A DNA stretch of 64,000 nt. Origin: Anaeromyxobacteraceae bacterium. GTDB taxonomy: Bacteria; Myxococcota; Myxococcia; Myxococcales; Anaeromyxobacteraceae. The stretch is taken from contig JASGHJ010000001.1 of assembly GCA_047602405.1 (NCBI GenBank), positions 896,001-960,000 on the forward strand, given 5' to 3'. Of the stretch, positions 32,007-41,729 are shown piece by piece (the stretch's first letter is position 1; each line of letters begins with the position of its first letter). Under the pieces are notes generated by a model. The model saw nothing but the letters and a program-made list of their open reading frames with translations, was not told the origin of the DNA and made no database searches. Both the position numbers and the translations under genes were made by a program.

Positions 32007-33558
32007 GTGTCCCAGACGACCTCGCTCTCGGTCCTCGTACCCGTCTACAACGAGCAGTTCCTGGTCTCGACCTCGCTCGAGCGGCTCCAGGTGCTCGAGA
32101 CGTCCCCGCACCTCGACCGGGTCCAGATCGTCGTGGTCGACGACGCCTCCAGGGACCGCACCCAGGAGATCCTGAAGGGCTTCGCCGAGGCCCGCGGGGT
32201 GAAGTGGCTGGACGCCCCCCCGGTCGCGGACGGCGTGCGCCTGCTCGGTCACGGCAAGCAGGGCAAGCTCGACTGGGTCTTCCTCCAGCACGTCCGGAAC
32301 GGCGGCAAGGGCCGCGCGATCCGCACCGCGCTCGCCGAGGCCGACGCCGAGCTCACGGTCATCCACGACGCCGACCTCGAGTACCACCCGCGCGACCTCG
32401 TCCGCATCGTGAAGGTCTTCGTCGAGGAGGGCGCCGACGCCGTCTTCGGCTCGCGCTTCGCCGGCGGCGAGGCCCGCCGCGCGCTCCTCTACCGGCACGA
32501 GCTCGGCAACCGGCTCCTCACGTTCCTCACGAACCTCGTGACCAACGTGAACCTCACCGACATGGAGACCTGCTACAAGGCCGTCCGCACGCAGCTCTTC
32601 AAGTCAATCCCCATCGTCTCGAACGACTTCCGCCTCGAGCCCGAGCTCACCATCAAGCTCGCGAAGCGCGAGGCCCGCATCTTCGAGATCCCCATCAGCT
32701 ACTCGGGCCGCACCTACCAGGAGGGGAAGAAGAATCAACTGGAAGGACGGCGTGAAGGCGCTGCTCGCCATCCTCCGGTTCTGGATCTCCGACGAGGTCT
32801 ACGCGAAGGACGAGTGGGGCTCGCACATCCTCGGCCGGATGGGGCGCGCGCCGCGCTTCAACGCCTGGATGGCCGACATCATCCGCCCGTACTGCGGCCA
32901 GCGCGTCCTCGAGATCGGCAGCGGCACCGGCAACCTCACCCGCCGCCTCGTCCCGCGCACGGTCTACGTCGCCTCCGACGTGAACCCGCTCTACCTCCAG
33001 ACGCTCCGCGCGCTCACCGCGGACCGGCCCTACCTCGACGTCACGCTCACCGACGCCGCGAACGCGGGCAGCTACCCCGAGGTGCCGGGCGGCTTCGACA
33101 CGGTCATCTGCCTCAACGTGGTCGAGCACCTCGCCGACGACGTCGGCGCGCTCCGCAACATCCGCCGGGTGCTCTCGCCCACCGGCCGGGGCATCATCCT
33201 CGTGCCGCAGGGCCCCGACGCCTTCGGCACGCTCGACGAGGTCCTCGGGCACCACCGCCGCTACACCGAGCCGTCGCTCCGGGCGGTCGCGGCCGAGGCG
33301 GGCTTCGAGGTCGAGGAGCTGCTGACCTTCAACCGCATCGGCTCGGTCGCCTGGTGGCTGAACGGGAAGCTCCTGAAGCGCCGCTCGTTCGGGCTCGTGC
33401 AGATCTGGATGCTCAACGTGCTGACGCCGCTCTTCCGCCTCGTCGATCGCGCGCTGCCGTTCCCGCCGCTCTCGCTCATCGCGATCGTGAGGCCGAGGGC
33501 GGAGGCTTCCACCACGGGTGTTCGTCCGGAAGCTCCATCGGGAACCGGTACCCCGTGA
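32007..33558 (+). CDS. GT2 (DPM1-like) fused to class I methyltransferase; +1 frameshift at ~32733
   Basis: PVYNE, IHDADLEY, DMETCYK. Removing one A restores EGKKINWKDGVKAL and joins the VLEIGSGTG methyltransferase ORF (about 516 aa). Confidence 0.87.
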
Positions 33559-33748
33559 TCCTGCGGAAGAGCAGCCACGCCGCCACGACCACGAGCGTGC
33601 CGATCAGCAGCTTCAGGTAGTAGTTCGGATCGTTCGCCCCTCCGGGCCAGCCGCCAGGCGGCATCGGCTGCGTGGGAGAACGCTCGGGGTAGCGGGTCCA
33701 GGTCTGCGCGAGCGCGAAGGCGAACGCGCTCTGGAGGAGGGCGGGCAT
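33476..33748 (-). CDS. Hypothetical small membrane protein
   Basis: 90 aa with signal-like N-terminus, Pro/Gly linker and one TM (YYLKLLIGTLVVVAAWLLF); overlaps the 3' end of the GT2-MTase gene. Confidence 0.5.
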   Translation of the reverse strand: MPALLQSAFAFALAQTWTRYPERSPTQPMPPGGWPGGANDPNYYLKLLIGTLVVVAAWLLFRRITGYRFPMELPDEHPWWKPPPSASRSR

Positions 33749-33799
33749 CCGGGAGAAGCATGGCCACCGCGGGCGCCGGTCGCGACCCGCGTCGGGCGG

Positions 33800-34774
33800 C
33801 TACGTCCCGGTCCCGGCCCAGGGCCGCCGCACGCTGCGCGCCTCGGCGACCATGCCGGCGAGCCCGTCCTCGAGCGGCCGGCGGGGCTGCCAGCCCAGGA
33901 GCTCGGCCGCGCGGGTCGTGTCCATCACGAGCCGGTGGACCTCGCCGGGCCGGTAGCCGCGCAGGCCGTGCTGGATGAGCTTCGGGTTCGAGCCGACGAC
34001 CTCGAAGACCTTCCGCACGACCTCGCGGAGCGGGACGCCGACGCCGGTGCCCACGTTCACGATCGTCGGCACCCCGCCCGGCGGCGCGCGCACGGCGGCG
34101 GCCAGCACGGCCTCGGCCGCGTCGTCGACGTGCAGCCACTCGCGCTCCTGCTCGCCGAGCGTGGTCTCGTACGGCCGCCCGGCGCTCGCGGCGGCGAACG
34201 CGGCCGGCAGGAGCTTCCCGTCGTCGTCGCCCTCGCCCACGAGCGCCGAGAGGCGCAGGTACCAGGTCGCGAGCGCGCGCTCCCGCGCGAGCGCGCGGAG
34301 CAGGATGCCGCCCGCGGCCTTCGTGGCCCCGTAGCCGTCGCCCGTGTCGAGCGCCGCCACGTCCTCGCGGAGGAGCGGCGCGTCCGCCGGCGCGGGCTGG
34401 TCGGGCAGGCGGCCGTGGCCGGCGTACTCGAGGCAGGTGCCGGTCGCGACCAGGCGCTTCACGCCCGCGCGCGCCGCGGCCTCGACGAGCGCGACCGGCG
34501 CGAGCACGTTGACGCGCGCCATGTGCGCCCATCCCTGCTCGCGGCTCTGCACGCCGGCGGCGGCGAGGTGGATCACGGCGTCGGCGCCCGCGCAGAGCGT
34601 GGAGACCGCGTTCGCGTCCTCGAGGTTGCCGGGCACGATCCCGAGCGCGGGGTGCGGGGGCGGCAGCGCCTTGCCCGGGCGCACGAGCGCCCGGACCGCG
34701 TGGCCTGCGCCGAGCGCATGTGAGAGCACCCTCCGGCCGAGAAAGCCGGTTGCTCCGGTGACCGCGAGCCTCAT
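33800..34774 (-). CDS. NAD-dependent epimerase/dehydratase
   Basis: TGATGFLG; HLAA; YGATK; REWLHVDD. Confidence 0.9.
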   Translation of the reverse strand: MRLAVTGATGFLGRRVLSHALGAGHAVRALVRPGKALPPPHPALGIVPGNLEDANAVSTLCAGADAVIHLAAAGVQSREQGWAHMARVNVLAPVALVEAAARAGVKRLVATGTCLEYAGHGRLPDQPAPADAPLLREDVAALDTGDGYGATKAAGGILLRALARERALATWYLRLSALVGEGDDDGKLLPAAFAAASAGRPYETTLGEQEREWLHVDDAAEAVLAAAVRAPPGGVPTIVNVGTGVGVPLREVVRKVFEVVGSNPKLIQHGLRGYRPGEVHRLVMDTTRAAELLGWQPRRPLEDGLAGMVAEARSVRRPWAGTGT

Positions 34775-34884
34775 GAGATGCGCCGATGCTAGTGCGCGCG
34801 TCACATCCGCGATTTCCCACGGATCCTCGACGCCCGATCGGACCAGGGACGATGTCGGACCATGGGGGTGGATGGATCACACGA

Positions 34885-36141
34885 TCACGGCTGGCTCGCT
34901 CCCGGCGCGGTGGGCCACGGCTGCGACGCGCCGCGGAGGCCGGTGGCCGCGGTCTGGCGCAGGTACGCGCCCACGCCGCGGTAGGAGCCCAGCCTGCGCT
35001 CCGGCGCGACGACCTCGACGTCACCGCCCACCGCGAGCGTGCGGATCACGAGCGCCTCGGCGAGGTTCCGGAGCACGCGCAGCTCGCCCCCGCAGTACGG
35101 GCACTCCTCCTGGGTCTCCGCGTTCGCCCCGATCGCGTCGCACTGGCCGCACTCCCATCCGGTCCCGTCGAGGTCGGCGTGGAGCACGAGGCGGTGCACC
35201 CGCCGCTGGTTCACGGCGGTCACGACGTCCGCCGGGCCGATCACCGCGAGGCGTCCCCGGAGCGCCTCGCCGACGAGGTGCTCGACGAGCTGGGTCTCCT
35301 GCCCGCGCTCGTGGGCGGTCACCGCCTGCGTCGCGTTCTCGACGACGCCGGTCCGCTGCTGCCCGGCGTCGGACACCCACGCGCGCGGTCGCGCGAGCCG
35401 CGCGACGACCCGCTCCTTCAGGCGCTGCGGGAGCTCGCGCTCGAACGCCGCGACGTTCTCGGCGGTGCCGACGAGCACGACCGCCGCCGCCGGCGCCCGA
35501 TCGAAGCGCACCGTCGCCTCGCGCGCGGCGGCCTGCAGGTTCCTCCGGATGACGCTCCGCTCGCGGCGCTCGTCCTTGGCCTCGCGATCGTAGTGGCGGC
35601 CGGGCTTGCCGGTCCCGGCGTTGACCTTCTCGCCGTCGCTCCGGGGGACCTCGCCGCGCAGCGACGCCTCGGCGGCGAGCTCGCCGAGCGACACCTCGTA
35701 CAGATCCGCGCCCTGCGCGCTCGCCACCACCACGATCGCCGGCGCGAAGTCGTCGCGCAGCCGCGCGAGCTGGAGCAGGTGCGGGAAGCCGTCGACCTCG
35801 AGCGCGTCCTCGAGGGGCAGCCTCACGAGGAGCGGCCGCCACAGGCCGATCGCGCCGCACGCGAACAGCGCGAGCCCCTGCGCCTCCGGCCAGGCGGTCG
35901 CGGCGGTGAGGCCGTCGACGTGCGCGGTCACCCGCTCGAGCGTGCGGCGGAGCCCGTCCATGCCGGGCGCATCGGGCAGGGTGTGGTCGAGCGCCCGCCG
36001 CGCGCCGGCACGGACGCCGTCGCGCACGCGGTCGCGCGCCCGCTCGTCGGTGAAGCGGAGGTCGAGGTAGAGGCTCACCACGGGCTCGGCGGTGCTGCGG
36101 AGGCGGGAGAGCTCCGAGAGCTCGCGCTCGAGATCGATCAT
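34885..36141 (-). CDS. Bacterial archaeo-eukaryotic release factor (baeRF/eRF1-like) protein
   Basis: VVSLYLD and GLALF in the N-domain; RNase-H-like middle domain; eRF1_3-like C-domain with CGQC/CPYC ribbon and GVGAYLR; AGGAGG before ATG. Confidence 0.82.
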   Translation of the reverse strand: MIDLERELSELSRLRSTAEPVVSLYLDLRFTDERARDRVRDGVRAGARRALDHTLPDAPGMDGLRRTLERVTAHVDGLTAATAWPEAQGLALFACGAIGLWRPLLVRLPLEDALEVDGFPHLLQLARLRDDFAPAIVVVASAQGADLYEVSLGELAAEASLRGEVPRSDGEKVNAGTGKPGRHYDREAKDERRERSVIRRNLQAAAREATVRFDRAPAAAVVLVGTAENVAAFERELPQRLKERVVARLARPRAWVSDAGQQRTGVVENATQAVTAHERGQETQLVEHLVGEALRGRLAVIGPADVVTAVNQRRVHRLVLHADLDGTGWECGQCDAIGANAETQEECPYCGGELRVLRNLAEALVIRTLAVGGDVEVVAPERRLGSYRGVGAYLRQTAATGLRGASQPWPTAPGASQP

Positions 36142-36169
36142 GCGGTCCTCCTGAGGTGAAGGGGTGTCC

Positions 36170-36253
36170 CTCATCCTTCGACTCCGGCCTGCCTTCGGCA
36201 GGCCTACGCTCAGGATGAGCGGGGTTTGATGGGCCCACGCTCAGGACGAACGG
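36170..36253. repeat. REP-like nested palindrome plus partial second copy
   Basis: CTCATCCT (36170-77) pairs with AGGATGAG (36212-19) around an 8-bp GGCCTGCC/GGCAGGCC hairpin; ACGCTCAGGA(T/C)GA(G/A)CGG occurs at 36206 and 36237. Confidence 0.6.
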
Positions 36254-36312
36254 TGGATCCGGCCGGGTAGAGCGTTGCCCTCCCCGCCTGGCCGGGTTAC
36301 ATCCGCGCCGCC

Positions 36313-37248
36313 GTGGCCCTCCTCGACGCGCTCCGCGCCTGCACCTCGTTCACGCCGCCCCCGGCCATGCCGGAGTGCGACCTCGCCGTGCTCGCCGACG
36401 TCCTCGAGGCGCACGGGCTCGCGCCGCTCGCCTCCTACCAGGTCGAGCACACGCGCCTCGGCGCCGGGCTGCCCGCCGGCTTCCGGGAGCGGCTCCTCGG
36501 CAACTACCAGGGTGTCGCGAACGACACGATGCTCAAGTTCGTCACGCTGCGCGGCATGCTGAAGGACGTGGCCGCGGGCGCGCCGGACGTGCAGGTCGTG
36601 CTCCTCGACGCCGCGGCGTACGTCGACTGGCTCTACCCGCACCTCGCGTTCCGGCCGGTGGGCGAGCTGAGGCTCGCGGTGCGCGGCCGCGACGGCGCCG
36701 CGTTCGCGCAGGCGATCGCCGGCGCCGGCTGGAAGGTCGCGCGCACCGAGCACGAAGGGCGCGTCGCCGTGCTCTCGGACGGCCGGCTGTCGGTGACGCT
36801 GCAGGAGGGGCTCTGGGCCGGCGGCCGGGAGGACGAGGCCCTCTACGCGCGCGCGACGCCCACGCCGGTGTTCGGCCCGCGCGCGGGGCGGCCCGCCCCG
36901 GAGGAGGCGCTGCTCGCGACGGTGGCGGATCAGGCGGAGCTCGGGCTCCTCGCGCCGCTCCTCACCTACGTCGACCTGCGCGAGCTCGTGCGCCTCGCGC
37001 CCGACCCGGCCCACGTGAAGGCGCGGGCGGAGGCGCTCGGCCTCTCGCGCGCCCTGCGCGGCGCGCTCGAGATCGCGGCCTGGTTCTTCCCGGAGATCGC
37101 CGAGGGCGCCGCGCTCCTCGCGCCGGGGCTCGGCGCCGCCGAGCGGGTCGCGGTCGAGCGCCTCGTCGAGGCCGCGAAGGATCCGACCCGCCTGCGCCTC
37201 GTACGCGGCGTGGATGCGCTCGCCCGCAGGGTGGTGGCGCCGGGGTAG
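36313..37248 (+). CDS. Nucleotidyltransferase family (NTP_transf_5-like) protein with degenerate motif
   Basis: HGLAPL; VVLLDAAAYVDWLYPHLAFRPVGELRLAV aligns with the family LLKG...LY...R..GDIDLLV pattern; YVDLREL. Confidence 0.7.
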   Translation: MALLDALRACTSFTPPPAMPECDLAVLADVLEAHGLAPLASYQVEHTRLGAGLPAGFRERLLGNYQGVANDTMLKFVTLRGMLKDVAAGAPDVQVVLLDAAAYVDWLYPHLAFRPVGELRLAVRGRDGAAFAQAIAGAGWKVARTEHEGRVAVLSDGRLSVTLQEGLWAGGREDEALYARATPTPVFGPRAGRPAPEEALLATVADQAELGLLAPLLTYVDLRELVRLAPDPAHVKARAEALGLSRALRGALEIAAWFFPEIAEGAALLAPGLGAAERVAVERLVEAAKDPTRLRLVRGVDALARRVVAPG

Positions 37249-37395
37249 GTCCGCGCGCCGGGCGAAGCGCCCGACATCCGGGCGGTTTCTCCGCGTGTGG
37301 GCAGGGGTGCGCGACGGACCGGGCGTCCTTGGGATCGGGGGTGCCTCCGGGTCCGGTGCTGGGCTACATTCCGGCGCTCTCGGAGGAGATACCCA

Positions 37396-38700
37396 GTGAA
37401 GATCGCAGTCGTCGGCACCGGCTACGTCGGCCTCGTCACCGGTACCTGCTTCGCGGAGTCGGGCCACACCGTCACCTGCCTCGACGTCGACGAGAAGAAG
37501 ATCGCGACGCTCCGCGCGGGCGGCATCCCGATCTACGAGCCGGGCCTCGAGGAGCTGGTCCGCCGCAACGCGAAGGACGGCCGCCTCAAGTTCTCGACCT
37601 CCTACTCGGACTCGGTCCCCGACGCCGAGATCGTCTTCATCGCGGTCGGCACGCCGCCCGGCGAGAACGGCGAGGCGGATCTCCAGTACGTCCTCGCCGC
37701 CGCGAAGCAGATCGGCGAGCACCTCGGCCGGTACACCGTCATCGTCGACAAGAGCACCGTGCCGGTGGGCTCGGGCGACAAGGTCGCCGAGGCCGTCCGG
37801 GCGGTGTCGAAGCACCCGTTCGACGTGGTCTCGAACCCCGAGTTCCTGAAGGAAGGGGCCGCGATCGACGACTTCATGCGCCCCGACCGCGTCGTGGTCG
37901 GCGTCGCGTCCGAGAAGGCGAAGGCCATCATGGCCGAGCTCTACGCGCCGTTCGTCCGCGCGGAGCAGCCGATCCTCTTCATGGACATCCGCTCGGCCGA
38001 GCTCACGAAGTACGCCGCGAACGCGATGCTCGCGACCCGCATCTCGTTCATGAACGAGATGGCGACCCTCTGCGAGCGGCTCGGCGCCGACGTCGACCAG
38101 GTCCGCCGCGGCATCGGCTCGGACCGGCGCATCGGCCACCCGTTCCTCTTCCCGGGCGTCGGGTTCGGCGGCTCCTGCTTCCCGAAGGACGTGCAGGCCG
38201 TGATGACGATGGCCCGCCACGTCGGCCTCGACTTCGACCTCCTCCGCGCCGTCGAGCGCGTGAACGAGCGCCAGAAGCGCTGGATGGTGGAGAAGGTGCT
38301 GAGGCACTTCGGCAGGATCTCCGGCAAGCGCATCGCGGTCTGGGGGCTCGCGTTCAAGCCCAAGACCGACGACATGCGCGAGGCGCCGGCGATCACGATC
38401 ATCGAGGGGCTCGCCGGCAACGGCGCCTCGGTGAAGGCGCACGACCCGGTCGCGATGGACGTCGCGCGCAAGCTCCTCGGGTCGCACGTCGAGATGGCGG
38501 CCGACCCGTACGCCGCCGCCGAGGGCGCCGACGCGCTCTGCCTCGTGACGGAGTGGAACGAGTTCCGCCAGCCGGACCTCGCCCGCCTCAAGGCCACGAT
38601 GCGGACGCCGGTGCTGTTCGACGGCCGGAACGTCTGGGACGCCGCGAAGGCCCGCGCCGCGGGCTTCACGTACTACGGCGTGGGGCGCAACGGCGTCTAG
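37396..38700 (+). CDS. ugd: UDP-glucose 6-dehydrogenase
   Basis: VVGTGYVGLV; SNPEFLKEG; GFGGSCFPKD; FKPKTDDMRE; GGAGGAG SD. Confidence 0.96.
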   Translation: MKIAVVGTGYVGLVTGTCFAESGHTVTCLDVDEKKIATLRAGGIPIYEPGLEELVRRNAKDGRLKFSTSYSDSVPDAEIVFIAVGTPPGENGEADLQYVLAAAKQIGEHLGRYTVIVDKSTVPVGSGDKVAEAVRAVSKHPFDVVSNPEFLKEGAAIDDFMRPDRVVVGVASEKAKAIMAELYAPFVRAEQPILFMDIRSAELTKYAANAMLATRISFMNEMATLCERLGADVDQVRRGIGSDRRIGHPFLFPGVGFGGSCFPKDVQAVMTMARHVGLDFDLLRAVERVNERQKRWMVEKVLRHFGRISGKRIAVWGLAFKPKTDDMREAPAITIIEGLAGNGASVKAHDPVAMDVARKLLGSHVEMAADPYAAAEGADALCLVTEWNEFRQPDLARLKATMRTPVLFDGRNVWDAAKARAAGFTYYGVGRNGV

Positions 38701-40040
38701 GCCACGGGCGCGAGCTTCAGCGCCGCGAGCTCCACCGGGATCCGCCGCACGAGGTCGGCCGGGTCGGGCATGACCGCCACGTCCGCGCGCGCGCCGACCC
38801 TGAGCTCGCCCGCGTAGCTCAGGATCGACACGCCGAGGCCGAGCCGCGCCGGGTGCGGCACGCAGAACTGCACCCGCTTCAAGAGGTGCCCCGCCACGTG
38901 CAGCGGCTGGCGCGGGCCGGGTACGTTCGTCACCACGAGCGACGCCTTCGAGCTGAAGAACTCGAGCAGGGCGCTCTCGACCGGCGCGGGCAGGTGGCCG
39001 ATGGCGGAGAGCACGCCGTAGGTCGCGACCGCGTCGTGGCTCGCCTTCAGCGCCGCGACCCGCTCCTGCACGGCGGCGATCCGCGCGGCCGGGTCGGGGA
39101 GGTGGACCGGGAGGTCGAGGAACACGAGCCCGAAGCAGTTGCCCATCGCGCCGTCGAGCTGGGCGGGGAGCTGGGGCCGCAGGTTCACCGGCACGAGCGC
39201 GCGCAGCCCGAGGCCGTCCACCGCCTGCCCGCGCGCGGCGAGGTGGCTGCGCAGCGCGCCCGCGAGCGCGGCGAGCACGACGTCGTTCACGGTCGCGCCG
39301 AACCCGCGGGCGAGCGCCCTGAGCTCGAGCAGCTTCAGCCCGCGCGACCAGGCGGTGCGCCGCCTCCCGGAGAGCGTGGCCGAGAGCGGCGTCGGGGGAT
39401 CGGCGGGCAGCGCCGCCATCCGCGCCACCGACCTGCCGAACTTGGCCCCGGTGCCGGCGAGCGCGTAGGCGCGGGCGCGGTCGCCGAACGCGGCGAGGAG
39501 CGCGGGGGCGAGGCCGCCCTCGGGGCGGAGCTCCTTGAACGACGCGATCTTGCGCGGTGGAGGCGGCGGCTCGCTCGCGGCGAGCTCGTCGGCGAACGAG
39601 AGGAGGAGGCCCACGAGCGCGAAGCCGTCGGCGATGCAGTGGTGGAGCTTCGCGACGATGGCGGAGCCGCCGCCCTTGCCGTGGAGGACGTACGCGCGCC
39701 AGAGCGGGTGCTCGGGGTCGAGCGCCTCGGACGCCACCTCGCCGGCGAAGCGGTCGAGCATGCGCGAGACCTGCCCGTCCACGCGCTTCAGGACGAGGTG
39801 GCGCGAGAGCTGGAAGTCGGGGTCCGGCTCCCACGTGGCGAGGCCGAGCGGGCCGGCGTGCACCACGCGCTGCACGAAGCGCGGGCGGGCGGTGACCCGC
39901 TCCTCCACGAGCCGCTGCACCGCCTTGAACGGGATGCGGTCCTCGAAGAGCATCGCCGCGACGACGTCGGCGGTGTTCTCCGGCCGGTCCATGTGGAGCC
40001 AGGCGGCGTCCACGCCGGTCATGAGCTCGCGGTCGGGCAC
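38697..40040 (-). CDS. Wax ester synthase/diacylglycerol acyltransferase (WS/DGAT)
   Basis: DAAWLHMD; HHCIADG catalytic motif; ATVNDV; TNVPGP; LSYAG. Confidence 0.93.
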   Translation of the reverse strand: MPDRELMTGVDAAWLHMDRPENTADVVAAMLFEDRIPFKAVQRLVEERVTARPRFVQRVVHAGPLGLATWEPDPDFQLSRHLVLKRVDGQVSRMLDRFAGEVASEALDPEHPLWRAYVLHGKGGGSAIVAKLHHCIADGFALVGLLLSFADELAASEPPPPPRKIASFKELRPEGGLAPALLAAFGDRARAYALAGTGAKFGRSVARMAALPADPPTPLSATLSGRRRTAWSRGLKLLELRALARGFGATVNDVVLAALAGALRSHLAARGQAVDGLGLRALVPVNLRPQLPAQLDGAMGNCFGLVFLDLPVHLPDPAARIAAVQERVAALKASHDAVATYGVLSAIGHLPAPVESALLEFFSSKASLVVTNVPGPRQPLHVAGHLLKRVQFCVPHPARLGLGVSILSYAGELRVGARADVAVMPDPADLVRRIPVELAALKLAPVA

Positions 40041-40049
40041 GGCTCCAGC

Positions 40050-41014
40050 CTAGCGCGGCCGCGCGGTGCGACCCCGGGGCCGTCTGCCGCGCTCCCTCCG
40101 GGACGGGTCCGGCGCGAGGATGCCCAGCCTGGCCGCCTGCGTTCGGAGCGCGTCCACGAGCGCCACCGCGGCGGGCGAGAGCGGCACCGACCGGCGCCGC
40201 CGCACGAGCGCGCTCCCGCGCCTCAGCGGGGCGAGGTCCCGGGTGCCGAGCGCGACCAGGTCTCCCCGCGCGAGGTCGTCGGCGACGTAGGTGCGCGTGA
40301 AGAACCCCGCCCCGACGCCGGAGACGAGGAGCTGGCGGGCGGTCTCCATGGGGAGGTCCTGGCTCGCCCCGGCGCGCTCGGCGATGCGGTTCACCTCCGG
40401 GGCGTGCGCCTTCCACCAGCGCAGCCGGATGAACGGGCGCGCCTCCGCGGCGAGCTCCGCCTGCGTCACCGCCCCCCGGCGCGCGAGCGGGTGCCCCGGC
40501 CCCACCACGAGGGGGACCTCCTCCCGGAAGGCGAGGAGCGGCGTGAGCTCGACGGTCTCGGCCTCCGCGCAGGCCAGACCAGGATCCCGAGCTCGGCGAG
40601 CCCGTCCACGAGGTGCTCGACGACGAGCTCGTGGTGGCCGGAGCGCACCGTGAGGTCCACCTCCGGCCGCTCGCGCAGGAACGCGGCGACCGCGGGGCCC
40701 ACGAGGCCGCCCGCGAGCGAGCCGAGCGCGGCGAGGCGGACCTTGCCGCGGTGGCCGGTCTGCGCGAGGCGGGCCGCGTCGAGCCCCTCGCCGACGATCT
40801 CGAGCGCGCGCCGCGCGTGGGGCAGCAGCGCCTCGCCGAGCGCGGTGAGCGTGACCCGGCGCCCGCGCGTGAAGAGCGCGCCGCCCACCTCGGCCTCGAG
40901 GGCCTGCACCCGCGCCGAGACGGTGGACTGCTGCACGCCGAGCGCGAGCGCGGCCCGGCCGAAGCCGCCCTCCCGGACGATCCGCTCGAAGGCGGCGAGG
41001 TGCTCGAGGTTCAC
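40050..41014 (-). CDS. LysR-family regulator; single-base deletion frameshift at ~40572
   Basis: HTH GGFGRAALALGVQQSTVSARVQALE. Adding one base after ...LGILVW joins it to the frame reading CAEAETVELTPLLAFREEVPLVV (about 321 aa). Confidence 0.85.
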
Positions 41015-41026
41015 GCGCGCTCCACG

Positions 41027-41047
41027 TCCATCGGCTTTCTCGATGGA
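41027..41047. promoter_or_regulatory. LysR binding box (T-N11-A in a perfect inverted repeat)
   Basis: TCCATCG-GCTTTCT-CGATGGA between the divergent lysR and GNAT starts. Confidence 0.72.
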
Positions 41048-41102
41048 TGATACACGTACCATCGCCTCGATCCGAGAGGCCCGGCACGGCTACGCTGCCG
41101 TC

Positions 41103-41720
41103 ATGAGCCCTGCCGCTTCGACCGCCCTCCGCCTCCGCCTCGCGACCGAGGCCGACGCCCCCGCGGTGGCCGACATCTACCGCCCCGCCGTGACCGACGG
41201 CTGGATCTCGTTCGAGACCGAGCCGCCGGACGCCGCCGAGATGGCCGGCCGCATCCGCGGGGTGCTCGCGCTCATGCCCTGGCTCGTCTGCGAGCGGGCC
41301 TCCGACGGCCTCGTCGTCGGCTACGCCTACGCCTCCCGCCACCGCGAGCGGGCCGCCTACCGGTTCTCGGTGGACCTCGCGGTCTACGTCCGCGACGGGT
41401 GGCGCGGGAAGGGCATCGGCCGCGCGCTCTACGACGCGCTCCTGCCGATGCTGCGCGCGCAGGGCTACCGCGCGGCGCACGCGGGCGTCTCGATGCCGAA
41501 CCCCGGCAGCGTGGCGCTGCACGAGGCGATCGGGATGCGGCGCATCGCGCTCTACCCGAAGGTCGGCTTCAAGCTCGGCGGCTGGCGCGACGTCGGCTGG
41601 TGGCAGGTGGAGCTCCTGCCCCGCGAGGGCGAGCCGTCCGAGCCGCGCTCCTTGCGGGCGCTCCTCGAGGACCCGGCGTTCCGGGCCGCGCTGCGCGAGG
41701 GCGAGCGGCGGCTCGGGTGA
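41103..41720 (+). CDS. GNAT N-acetyltransferase, Pat/YncA/ArsN1-like
   Basis: ISFETEPP; GYAYASRHRERAAY; GKGIGRALY; PNPGSVALHE; GFKLGGWRDVGWW. Confidence 0.92.
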   Translation: MSPAASTALRLRLATEADAPAVADIYRPAVTDGWISFETEPPDAAEMAGRIRGVLALMPWLVCERASDGLVVGYAYASRHRERAAYRFSVDLAVYVRDGWRGKGIGRALYDALLPMLRAQGYRAAHAGVSMPNPGSVALHEAIGMRRIALYPKVGFKLGGWRDVGWWQVELLPREGEPSEPRSLRALLEDPAFRAALREGERRLG

Positions 41721-41729
41721 CGCGCCGGC

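Noticed and set aside
36241..40416. 1391-aa ORF on -
   Set aside because: Shadow of ugd and the nucleotidyltransferase, off-frame to WS/DGAT.
36375..41720. 1781-aa ORF on +
   Set aside because: Arg/Ala/Gly-rich shadow frame across several real genes; only its last 205 codons (GNAT) are credible.
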